A DNA stretch of 62,582 nt, counting the filler, from Perkinsus olseni (Eukaryota): assembly GCA_013115125.1 (NCBI GenBank). It is 9 parts of 9 records of this genome, joined end to end, with 100 filler letters (N's around TTAATTAATTAA, not from the genome) between each part and the next. Parts side by side here need not be neighbours in the genome. Positions count along the whole stretch, not along the records: positions 20,982 to 27,861 come from JABANN010001060.1; positions 27,962 to 34,823 come from JABANN010001061.1; positions 34,924 to 41,775 come from JABANN010001062.1; 6 more parts are not named here. The stretch is one strand, 5' to 3'. The position numbers were made by a program, and so were the translations under genes. The notes under the pieces were generated by a model. The model ran no database searches. It was not told the DNA's origin and saw only the letters and a list, made by a program, of their open reading frames with translations. Positions 25,036-36,543 of the stretch are shown one piece after another. Position 1 is the first letter of the stretch. Each line of letters begins with the position of its first letter.

Positions 25036-26413
25036 TGATGGAACCATCAAGTGCACAGATTCCGAAACCTACCAATGCGCTGAGCAGGATTGGGGCAACT
25101 GCGATGTATGTACTTGGGCAGTCTGTTCCGTTCCTACGACCACAAAGTCGGGTAGACCTAAAAGCCAAAGTTTGGTGACCAAAACGAAACCGCAGTCTGC
25201 ACACTGGCCACGAGAGCCGATCAGAACAGAAGCCTCAGACTGACGTCCGCGACGGGACAGCGAGCTATGGTGAGATCTAAAAACCAGATCAATTCGTCAT
25301 AGCGCAATAAATGAAGAAAAAAGTTAATTTTTTTGTGACGATTATGATTATCCGAAACGGCCACGGTTTCGTTGAAGGATACGTGGGCACGTACGACTTT
25401 TCTTAAGCTAGCCGGGTCACCGTGCGCGTCACCCGCCGTTGTATCGGATCTTTCGTATAATCGGAAGTGCCGGCTGTGAGTGACGGCAGCTGGTACACCT
25501 GCAATGATGTGGGATAGCATCCGCTGAGAGAAATCCAGGGTATCGTGCCCACCCGGCGGGCTCAGGAACGTTAGGAAATCCTTTTAGGCGCCTTGAGGTG
25601 AGGTTTCTTAAGGTTTTTCGAGTTAGGACTTTTAGGGAGCTAAGTACGTTTCACTAACGCTCCTCATCTAAAGGCTATTTAAAGATCTATTAAAGCAGGG
25701 CAGCCTCGCCTTCAACCCTCCCTCCCCTCCCCTTCTTCAAGTGACTTGAATTAAGTCTCCTGAGGTTAGATCCCTCTCGTTAAGGCCCTTGAGTTAAGGG
25801 ACCTACAATGTAGGTCCTACATCCTTCGAGCGCGGAGTCTCGTACCTTGAAACGGCTGTCTGCGCGAGACGAGGTAGCTGAGGCTCGGTTGAGAGCCGAA
25901 CTATAAGATTTTTGATCCCCCTCGACCTTTGATCTAGGTTGATATATAACTTATCCAGGATTAATAATCCTCCTGAAGCGAATGACCCCGACGGCTCGTC
26001 GGCGACGAATCCGCGCAATCGGATGGTACTGAGAGTGATCTCGGATTGCACCAGCAAGAGACAGTGCGAGAAATCTAGAGGCTGGAATTTCCGGTCTGGA
26101 AATGGCACTGCAGAGGTATCCTCTACTTCCTGGTTTTGTGCACCTCCACTGGAGGTCCTCCAGCACAGAGCGCTTCCAGACGAGGTAATCAGCCCTCACT
26201 TTCCTGAGACTGAATGCAACACATGGACTCCTCAAAAGCGACATACAACGAATACATCATTATGGACATCATCATGCGTTTCTTGGCACATCAACTCCGA
26301 AGTCACCAAGAAGGGAGAGTGAGAGCACTTACTGATAAATGACGAAACAGCCTGTGTTCGAGCATGACGAATGTTCATTCACATCGACTTATCCAAGGCC
26401 GGTCAAAATGTGT

Positions 26414-26992
26414 TCAAGTGTCGGCCCGCAGATCTTCCTCGAGAAAATTGGTATATGCTCGGCACAACTCTTCGAAGGTATATATTTCTTTCACGGAGGT
26501 GAGCACGGCCGAGCAGATCCCCTCAATCGACCCTTTCATGGCAGGATCATTTTTGAAAAACTTGTCTCTAGGATCTTCCACCTCACGGAGAGCCGAGTAA
26601 AGCCCATTAAGCTGACGACGGAATCTTGAGGTCTCCATTGCGAATGGATCAAAAACATGAACACGATCAAGCTTCTTCATGGGACCGTCGGGCAAGTAAT
26701 GGAGGTTAACTGCAGCTGGATAGAAACTGCAGGAGAAAAAAAGAATCCACCATGACTCGTTTAGTATCTCCTACAACATTTCGAAAGCTGGTCGGTCTCC
26801 AATCCTGGGGCAAGCAACGTTACTTGTTGAAACGGTAGTGGCAGTCACTTTTATGCTGAGCCTCGGAGAGCCGCGGCCATCTGCCACATAGATTGCTTCG
26901 CCGAATTCACAGAAGGTGGTCTCCAAGTTGCCGTGATAGAAGGAGCCATACTCTGCAGGATAATCCTGAGGATGCGAGACGTAATATAGCAT
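26414..26992 (-). CDS. Hypothetical lineage-specific protein, two exons (partial)
   Basis: Two collinear ORFs with a GTAG...TTTCTCCTGCAG intron near 26727-26773. No recognised domain. Confidence 0.4.
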
Positions 26993-28301
26993 TTACAGGC
27001 TCGTATCATACGAGTTGTATAGCGTGAATCATGAGAGTTGAGTTTGGAAGAAGCTCACGACTGTTCCTCCCGACAATCGAAGGTATGATATATATCATAT
27101 TAATGAGTTGAGCTCACAGGGTTCGGATTTCGGAACCACCTCCTCCCGGCCCCTCACGGCCACTTTTCCATACTATATTATAGTCACGCTGCTATAGGAC
27201 AATATCACGGCCACTGATGGTACATTATCTGGATGCATACGCGCTACGAAAGATTTTTTCTGCTCTCCTTGTTGCAATGGGAATTTTGAATCTCATTTGA
27301 CAGAAAGAGTGCACAGATTGTAAATTCAACGTTTACCACGCCAGTGTCCTCGATGCTGGATGAGCGCTGCCTGGTTTCCATCGCGATTGCAGACACTGCC
27401 ATAGCTGAGAAAAAAACACGAAAGCGCAGATGAGGTGCACATAATCGTCATCTCTTCTGAGAAAGTTATGATCATTTCCGAAGAGACACTTCAAGGAACG
27501 TCATACTGTGAAAAAGACAGCAAGCATATCTTAACCCTTTTGAGGTCTCGAAGTTCGAAGTGCGCCCTCGTAACAGAAGAGGGCTCGCAAACTGATGAGT
27601 GTCACTAAAATAACTACTTGGGCGGAGGTTCTTCATCGTTGATAGGCGGCTCCACGTTCCTAAGGACATACTTATGCCTCACTGACCGACAAAGAGGTCA
27701 AGACAGGCCTCACCTGATTTCTTGGTGGTTCAGCATTGTAGGGGAGTTCCTAAAAGCAGAGTGACGCGCTGATGAATCAGAAGCTCCAATATACAGTGCG
27801 TTCGCTTTTGATATGCAAATCGCAGAAATTGAGCTTTCTCCGTTACTACGGAGCTTTTACGNNNNNNNNNNNNNNNNNNNNNNNNNNNNNNNNNNNNNNN
27901 NNNNNTTAATTAATTAANNNNNNNNNNNNNNNNNNNNNNNNNNNNNNNNNNNNNNNNNNNNATTTCATTTGCACTAACTCCTGGTGCTTTGTGTTTCCCA
28001 TATGACTGACGGTGACTCTTCCCAACAGCAACAGCGCCGACGAAGGGACTGCAAAGTCGCTACGCCCAGCAAATCGAAACTGCAGGAACGGATTTCGCTT
28101 CGCTCCGCCTGCGCCACGAAATTATCAGATCCGGCGTGGAATTGCGACCGTGGCAGGCGGGCTAAGTCCACGTAAGCTCTCATCAGCGGTGAGCCACCCC
28201 TTATGTACGCCAGTTGCCCAACAGCATCATTCACGCTGAGTTGAACTCAGTCGTGTATCGTGCCCTTCTCAGCGTTCCCATTCCTTCAACACTCAATCAA
28301 C

Positions 28302-28448
28302 ATGTACTTCCCCCGCTTTACTCTCGTCGTAGCCGTGATGGCGGCCCTCCTGACGGAGACCTCAGCCGTCAGACTGCATCGTAAAGGCAAGGGCGGTGGT
28401 GATACCAAGCCTAAGTCGGGCCTGTTCTCTAAGATTTTTAAACGGTGA
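28302..28448 (+). CDS. Putative small secreted cationic peptide (48 aa)
   Basis: MYFPRFTLVVAVMAALLTETSA is signal-peptide-like and is followed by VRLHRKGKGGGDTKPKSGLFSKIFKR. Confidence 0.5.
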   Translation: MYFPRFTLVVAVMAALLTETSAVRLHRKGKGGGDTKPKSGLFSKIFKR

Positions 28449-28496
28449 AGCTCGGAGTGACGACCATCCCCTCAATTACACCATTCATCGCATGAC

Positions 28497-29060
28497 ATGG
28501 CGATGACCATCAACCACAGTTGGTTACGTTGTTGCAATCACTATGATGTTGTGTTCAAGTCGTTCGGCATCCCGGGATGCGCCACCCCAGAGGTCATGCT
28601 CTGGGCTACAAAGCTTTTAAATCGCCCGTACCCTTGGCAGTTCCCAGATTCGTGGTCTCCCACTGGAGTTCGACCGCTGACCAAAGTCCAAAGAAACCAA
28701 AGAAGGTTCTTCTTTTTCTCTGCTCGGGCCGCCATCATCACCGCTCCTAAGTTGGAAGCCCCTCGTGGAGCGAGGATTAGGCTAATTGTTTTGCCCTTGC
28801 GAGCCAGCGTCTTCGCTATGATCAACAGGACCCTATTCGACAAGCTCAAGACCGCGTTGTGTTCGAGTCCTCTCCTTCGTGGGGAGTCCTTTCCTTTCGC
28901 CTTCAGTGGGCCTCTGATGATGTCGGGCTTCGTTCGGCGAGTCGGGCCGAGGTTGATGCAAGTGAACTCGTTGAGACCTTACGGTCAGCCTATAACCACC
29001 AAGCTACCTTATGAGCCTTGGCCCTATGACCACCGGTACATTGGTATGACCGCAAGGTGA
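28497..29060 (+). pseudogene. Decayed Gypsy-type RT/RNase H linker fragment
   Basis: LFDKLKTALCSSPLLR...FPF resembles the F..LK.AL...P.L....PF linker. The rest is scrambled. Confidence 0.45.
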
Positions 29061-29999
29061 GTGCATAGCGGAGCGAGCAAGGGCTAACCGCCATTAGCGA
29101 CCGCTCCGGTATCAACGGTGGCCGTCAACGGCATTGTCGAAAACGGGGAAATCGGCGAAAATTTTGGTGATTTCTATGCGTTCTATGCATAGTAGAAGGC
29201 GCTGACGACCTAGACACACGCGTTCGGAGTAGTGGTGGTGTATCCTGTCCTAGAAGACGGAGCCTGATTAATTTGACTGCCATTCGTCAGGGAAGTAATC
29301 ACCAAGTTTAAAGTGGCTGCCTTTCCGTTGAAGAGCTTCCCCGAAATCTTACTGGATGCCAAGGTGGATGAGATCTATCAGAAGAGCGCGAAGATGCGGT
29401 TGAAGTCCTGTATTAACGCCATGCAGCTCCTGCAGAAGGGAAAGTGCCGTTGTCTCCTAGCCTATCGTCAACCCTGTCTGTAGCGTGCCAGTCCAGGTAC
29501 GACAAGGTACGGACAATCCGATCGGAGGACTATTATAAACCCCCGAAGCGGCCACGATTCTTCCAAAGGCTCAACAGAATGCGACGGTGAGCTGACGACG
29601 CCCCTGAGCGAACGCCGTTGCCATCATCGGCGTCGTTGTCAGGTCTACCAAGCTCGGCATCAAACGCAATGGACTGAAGCGTATCAGCGGTCTTACTGGA
29701 AAGACTCGAGATGTGAGCATATTTTCATTAGACAGTTCCATTTCGGATCGTCATCGTAGATTGTCATTTTCTGAATACTGTTTTCTCTCCGCCATTTTCA
29801 GGAGTGATCGCGGCAGCTGGCACCCACTACCTTCGTGCTCCTCCGGCCATGTTTCTGACGCCTTCGCCGTGAGTTGTCAATTAAAAGTTCTCTTGGCGTA
29901 CTCGAAGAATCGATTGTAGTCGGCACGGTAGCATATGTTACGACATAGAGACACCCTGTACCTTGTCGCTGTGAGGACGGTAGTTGGCCAAAGACGGCC

Positions 30000-31752
30000 A
30001 TGTTGGTTGCCACCTTGTCCCTCTTGGCATGCCTCTCTGCCGCATCCCCGACAACAGTCCGCGTGAACATAGTGGTGACGACACAGGTGCCCAGTGTGGA
30101 AGTGTTTGTGAGAGCCATCGATGCTCATACGCCCGACGACAGTAAGTATCGACAGTATCTTCGCGATAGTCTTGCCCCTGAAGATTGCATTGACCGAACA
30201 AACGAATCATGTTGGTCGATGCCAGAGATTGTACAAGGAAGCTAGTGGACACTCCTATTCGCGTTACTCGGCGATCATCCATCGGCCACCTGTTATCAGG
30301 CCCGCCTTGGGAGTGGCTGGGGAAGGTTCAGCAGCAGCGCTTCTCCTCGTAAGCTGAGGTCCCTGTGAACTGAGAGATCTCTTTGGTCGGGCGATTCGGT
30401 GGTCTAGAGAGAGATCAGGTACAGCCTCCCATTCACCTCGACCCTCCGCATACAGTCCCTTTGGGATAACTCCAATGAGGGATCGTCAAACATTACTAAA
30501 GTCGAGTATCATCCGAAGCACAGAGACGTCAACCTTTCGTCATCCACAAAAGGCAAAGACACCCTTAACCTGGCCATTGGCAAACATGTAACCGTTGAGA
30601 ATTTGCAGCTCCTCTCGACAGTTGGTCCATCTCGTACAGGATCTCATCGACAATGACAATGGCGAAGTGCTCGAATGGTGGCCATTGAACGGCACGGCAA
30701 CGACGGTGATCGGAAATGCAGATGTTCTCTTTGCTTGCACTGCTTGGACGTGGCGTTGTTTGTCTCTCGTCCACACTCATGCCTACCAGTTCACCGGAAC
30801 CGGAGTCCCCGCAAGGGGACCCCGAGGCAATGCGACTCACAGCCGCTTCGTAAGGATGATGTACCGTTCCAGTGCCGCAGCTAGGTGCTCGGGAATACAG
30901 ATCACAGCGACCAGCTTTTCCGTGCCCGATTCGAGGTTGAGGATTTGGGCGTGAAGGTGACCCGAGCTGTTGTTGGTTGAAGCGTCACCGATTCCTCAGG
31001 TGGGAGCATGGCGGGAAGGTTGCGAAGATGACGAATTCGTCTGCGCCCGCCCTGACCGCAATTTCGTCATGGCCAAGCTGATCTTGAAGGAATCTATGTG
31101 GTCTGCGGCCCAGCAAGAGATAGTCGACCGAGCACTACAGGACAGCCGCATTGCTCATACCAAGTATCCAAGGTTCACCAGCAACGGGCACAAGCGGAGT
31201 AAAGTATCCTTCGCGCTGCGCAAAGATATCATCGAATGGTATGCATCCAAGCGCCAGGCAGCTCGACCAGAAGAGATGCCTTTAGTGAGTGGTGGAGTGG
31301 CGGCGGCCGAGAGCGACACCTGGATGCTCACCTTGCCCGATGACATCCACGCCAGGGTCCGTCGCGAATGCATGGCCTCCCTGTACAAGTGGATACGCCG
31401 CTCCCACGTTCTCGAGTTCACCGCCCTTTACGGTGTCCGGATCTACCTCGAAGGAAGTGTGTTACACGTCCATACAGACAGACCGATGACGCACATTCTG
31501 AGTTGCATTCTCAACGTCCGCTCCAGAGGTCCCCAATGGCCTCTGATCATTCAAGGCTTCGATGACGAATTCGAGGAAGTCGTTCTCGAGGAAGGAGAGC
31601 TCCTGTTGTATGAGAGCGCATCATCCCCACACGGCAGAGTCGGGAGACTGGGCCGGGGTGGCGAGGTCGCCAACGTGTTCATACACTTCAAACCGCAGGG
31701 CTGGCCGCAGATGTTCCTTGGCGATGAGAGTGTCCGTCGTAGTGAGCTTTAG
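30000..31752 (+). CDS. Secreted/ER 2-oxoglutarate Fe(II)-dependent oxygenase-like protein, multi-exon
   Basis: Signal peptide MLVATLSLLACLSA. The C-terminal YGVRIY...HVHTDR...WPL...LLLYESASSPHGR...NVFIHF carries the HxD...H triad. Confidence 0.8.
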
Positions 31753-31839
31753 TTGATCACTCGCGGTCGCGTTGAAGGTCGTAATGAGGAAATTTTCGGG
31801 GGCCTGCGTATTTCCGTATTGACGCCATGGCAGCCGCTG

Positions 31840-33590
31840 ATGTCACTGCCAGTCTTCCTGAGATCGCCGACCCTCCCACGCTGCACTTCGGAGAGTTCAA
31901 GTTCTCGAATGGCGGCCGCTATCGTGGACAGTGAGGGTCCCTCAGCGCTGCTGTCGGCTGAGCTGCGTGACTGATAGATACATCCTGGAACCAACAACAC
32001 GGCCCGTAGGCGATGCCGAGGGAGGGGATGGAGAACCGCCGCCGATCGAATATCGGAAAATAATCCACGGTGAAGGAGAGTACAGAAATAAAGGTGAGTT
32101 GTATACTGCGGACAGGGGGGCTGAGGTCGAACAGTAGGCCACCACTTCAAGGGAATGTGGCACCGCGGAGCTCGTGTGTGCGGCACCCAGACGTTCAAGA
32201 ACGGTGACAGCTACACCGGCCACTTCGATTACACAGACAGGAAAGGTGGGCTATTGGCGAACTGGGACATGGCCATCACCGTCAGGTGGGGATTCGGCTA
32301 GGGTCCTCACCAACACTTACCAAGGCTTTGGAGGCTACGTGTGGTGCCTGCCTATGGGCCGACATCAGAAGGACCAAACGTGAGACGCCCGACGGCGCCA
32401 AGGGGTAGACGTGCTCAGTTACGAGGGGATGTGGCACTCTGGGAAGATGCATGGCTTCGGCAAGTACTCGCATTTCGTGGAGGGTGTGAACTGCAAGGAG
32501 TTCTATGGCGTCAGTCTGGAAGGTGCTCATGATCATCGCTATCGTCTGAGGGACCATCTCAGGCTTATTCGACTCTGGTCGGCAGAGTGCTGCGGAGTAC
32601 ATGTCGTGGTACAGGAGTATTCTAGAATCGGGGCTGAGAGAAGCGATGAGGGAGGTGAGCCAGAAAGTCGCTGCTTTAACGGCTGAAGGTCAGTAGACTG
32701 TGGACGTGGTTTTGGCGACTGTTGTGTGGATTATCGTAGGGCTGAACCCCGATGACCCTACGCGCCAGGCCCTAGCGACAGAGCACCTCATGGCGGACCC
32801 CAGCGAACAAATCGCCCCACCGGCAGGAGATGATGAGCCGGATCCCCAAGGCCTGTAAGCGCCTCGGTGCCAAGAGATGCTCCGCCGTTGGAGCTCCCTC
32901 GTCCCTGAGAACATGAAGATCTCGAACAGTTGAGCTCTGCCGAGAACAACGACCTGCCTGCAGGTGGACACAAAATCCGCCTGGAGTCGTGGAGGCACCC
33001 GCTGGCCTAACTTCAAAGGCTAGAGAATCCCTCCCGACCGTTCGAGCTTTGGTCGTGCGGGAGAAGATGCTGATCGCTATTGGAAGCAGGCTCGGCGACA
33101 GTGTAAGTGCTGTTCAACCGCTGATCGTTACAGTATCAGAACAGACCGATGCAGTAGAGCAATCGGAGGGCGCAGAGGCTGACAACAGTGGTCAGAGAGT
33201 TGTGTTCGAAATGCTCACGGATGAGGACGCGAAAGGCCTCATTGATTCTCCTCAGCTACGCATATCCCATCAGGTGAGAGTGTCGCCGTTTGTGCTTTTC
33301 CGTTGCCAGCTTGTGGGCAGGTGGCCCGTGTAAGCATCGTGTATCCAGATCCTCGTGGCGATAGCGCTGAGCCGCTACGAGGCTATATGGACTTTCTGAA
33401 CATCAACGAGGACGCCGTGGATGGCTGCACGTGAGCAATGATCAAGTTCTTCGCCTTTCTCCTGTCCGTGGACAGGTGCGAGTGGAGGCTGCTTCGTGTC
33501 AACTGCGGCTACGAGGACAGCATAGACGAGACAGCGGAGTTTGAGGCCCTCGTGTCGGGCAACCGCGGCGGCAAGGGAAAGAAAAAATAG
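31840..33590 (+). CDS. MORN-repeat protein, multi-exon
   Basis: HGEGEY, FKGMWHRG, NGDSYTGHF, YQGFGGYVW and YEGMWHSGKMHGFGKY in successive exons. Ends are approximate. Confidence 0.75.
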
Positions 33591-36457
33591 TCGAGACTCG
33601 AACATGCATGACAACCCTTCTCGTCGTATCGGTTATATTACGTGTTTGTAGTGCAATAGGGGTAACCAAACATACGAGAGCGGTGATTGGCCTTTCCCTG
33701 GAGGGCCCTGATGGTTTTTGACGGCTGACTTCTCTCCGGAAACGTTAATCATCGGATTATGTTATCCCTTGGCCGAGTCTTCCGAATGCTAACTCAAGGG
33801 CGTCATCGAGAGTGATGTTAACTACGAACGGGATATCAACCTCGGTATGTTAGAGGCCAAGTTGTAGGATGTGGACTTATCAACTCTCGGAGATTAAGCT
33901 TGAGCTCGGCACACTGTGGGAAGGGCTAGTGTTGAGTGGTAGGACAGCCACCCCAACTGTGGGAGCGGATTCTGCCGGGAGGAAGGAAAGCGTCCCAGAT
34001 TTGCCCTCTGTCTGAGCGCTACTTTCTGTACTCAATGATCAAGCCCAAGCTAATCCCTCTTGAAAGAAGATCCATCGATGCTTCTCTGACTGAGCCAGTT
34101 CTCGGTGTTGGACTCAAAACTCAAACGCGATACGATCGAAAGTTCTTCGAAAAACTTTCCACCGCTCTCTGGGAGAAATCGATCCAGACGGATAAGTTCG
34201 CTCGTAACGATAATCTCGCGTCACCAATGAGATGAGTTACTATTCGATGAAACGGGTCTGTTTCTGATGTACACAGGCTGATGCAGGTTTCTCCCTCTCG
34301 AAGGCTCATACGTGTGTCTTCAAGTCATCTATTGCTTTCTCTCCCCTGGTCATTAACGGGCTGTTGAGGCCACTAATTTGGGTGCAGGTGGTAGACAGTT
34401 GAATCGAGATCATGATCGATTATCAATGAGCTCAGCTTAGCTCGGACCTCCTTGCACTAAAGTGGCAACATAGTGACAACTATAGTGTTAGCTGGGTAAC
34501 AGTTACAGCCTGGTTCGGTACCACTCAGCTCTTGGGTTGCTGCTACTACGTACCATTAGTATCACATAATCATCTTACCTCATTCTGCGCCCTGCACTCG
34601 CGTACATGAGTACACGTACTACACTCAGCTTAGCTTAGCTCAGTAAGCTGTGAATCACATTATTGCTTAGCTCCAGCTGAATCCAAATTTACCTTTCTTT
34701 GATCCCCGTCTCAAATAGCCACACTGTACTGAGTTATAGTGCATCCTCATATGTAGTGAACCGCCTTTTCAATGATTGCCTACTGTAATACATTATTGTG
34801 GCCGATCTGTCCCCATGGCCTGTNNNNNNNNNNNNNNNNNNNNNNNNNNNNNNNNNNNNNNNNNNNNTTAATTAATTAANNNNNNNNNNNNNNNNNNNNN
34901 NNNNNNNNNNNNNNNNNNNNNNNTGTTGATGAAGCTCATCATTTGACTAAGTGAATGGGCAGCCATACGACAGGTGTGTTTTGGATCGTTCAGAATCAGC
35001 ATGTGCCAAAACCGGGGTGGACGTGCTGTGAAATATGAAAGCGAAATTTCATGCTGAAATTTCATGAAATTTCATGAAACGCACGCTCAAATCTTAAACG
35101 CGCTCCGCGCGTCAAGAATTTCGCTCCCCATCGGTGTGGCGCTCAACAGTTTTGCCGGTTGCATAAATGTGGGCAAATCAACGTTGGCAGCCCGCTTAGT
35201 GTATATACTCTGTACTTCCAGATAATATGTGAACACTGTGTGTCCATGATGGACAGTCCATCATCGTGACGAGGACCTCGTCCACATTGTGAAGTTTTAA
35301 TTGATCTGTGCTGCGACCAGTGCTAATTCTTCGCCTGATTTGCGATATGAAAGTTGAATTTGCTGGATCTTGTTGAGCTACTCTGAAGTTCGATTAGAAC
35401 TTTTCGAGTGATATCCACTGGATATTATCCTCTGCGGTGTCTCTTGGCTCAAGGTCGAGTCTTCCCAGTGCTAACTCAAGGGCGTCATTGACTGGAAAAG
35501 CAAGGACCCTTGCTTAAGAGTTCAAGATCGGCGCGAGGGTAATGGAGGAATTGCAAGAGTGCAAGGGCAGGCTGATAATTGGTTATGATGACGATGGCTA
35601 TGATGATGATAGTGTTCGTGATCATGATGATGTTACGGCACGTGCCTGCATTCCTCGTTACTAACTAGGTCTAAGAGTAGTGGTTAGGATACCTGTTTAC
35701 TTCATTCGATTGCTAGTTGTATCTGAGACTGTCCGATACGGGAGCGTCGAGTTAGCGATGCTTTGGGTGGGTACAGTGGATATACCGATACCGGAGCAGA
35801 AGAGATTGACTACGGAGTTAACCATTAGGAAATGAGAGTGATACTAACTACGAATGGGATATCATCAAATAACTCGTACTCATAGTCCGATGATTCGGGA
35901 GTAATCCGCAGCTGCGGCACGCATATGCATAGCCCAGTCCGCTATGTTCCTGCGTGCAGCGGAGCGGTCGCCAGCATATTCATGAAAAGTAGGCTGTGCT
36001 TCAATAAGGAGCCCTTCCTAGAGATAGTGCGGTGCGCAACACCAACCGCACCTCCATAACTAGCCGTATCAGAATAACGTAACGAGAATGTGAGGCCACG
36101 GATTAATAACAGTTATTCCGGAGTTACTCCGGGATATGGAACCCAACTCTGAACCGACGAGATACAAGCCGTGATCAGCTAGCTGTACCAATGGTATTTC
36201 ACCCGGCTCTAACACCATGGTACTTCCATGATGCTGGTAGACCGGGTCTACTAGACCCTGGAATCATGGTTTCAAGCCAGGTGCACTCGGCCTGGTTAAG
36301 CGCACTGGATAACTGCGCGGGAGATTGTGTTATTGCCCGGGGTGATCGATTTCATCGTGATGAGATTTCGTGAGTCCGGAGTGTTGCTACGGCCATGACG
36401 CTGTGACGCCTTTGGCCCGCACGCCCGGCGGGACCGCACGCCTGTGACGCTCCATGA

Positions 36458-36512
36458 GACGTGACGGACAGCGTGACGTGACGGACAGCGTGACGTGACG
36501 CACAGCGTGACG
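36458..36512. repeat. 17-bp tandem repeat x3 (GACGTGACGGACAGCGT) upstream of gag
   Basis: Read directly, within a GTGACG-rich leader. Confidence 0.85.
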
Positions 36513-36543
36513 TACGCAACCCGGACTCCTAGCTTTCATTGCT

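Noticed and set aside
25560-25810. TTAGG/TAAGG-rich patch as telomeric repeat
   Set aside because: The words are dispersed, not tandem, with no consistent unit.
29280-29650. Short coding-like segment (EVITKFKVAAFPLKSFPEILLDAK...)
   Set aside because: No start, domain or consistent splice model could be supported.
35442-35455. TCTTGGCTCAAG-GT resembling the 3' end of the perkinsid/dinoflagellate spliced leader
   Set aside because: Only about 12 nt match, the 5' ACCGTAGCC part is absent, and it sits at the edge of a dispersed repeat. ACCGTAGCC at 59466 likewise lacks the 3' half.
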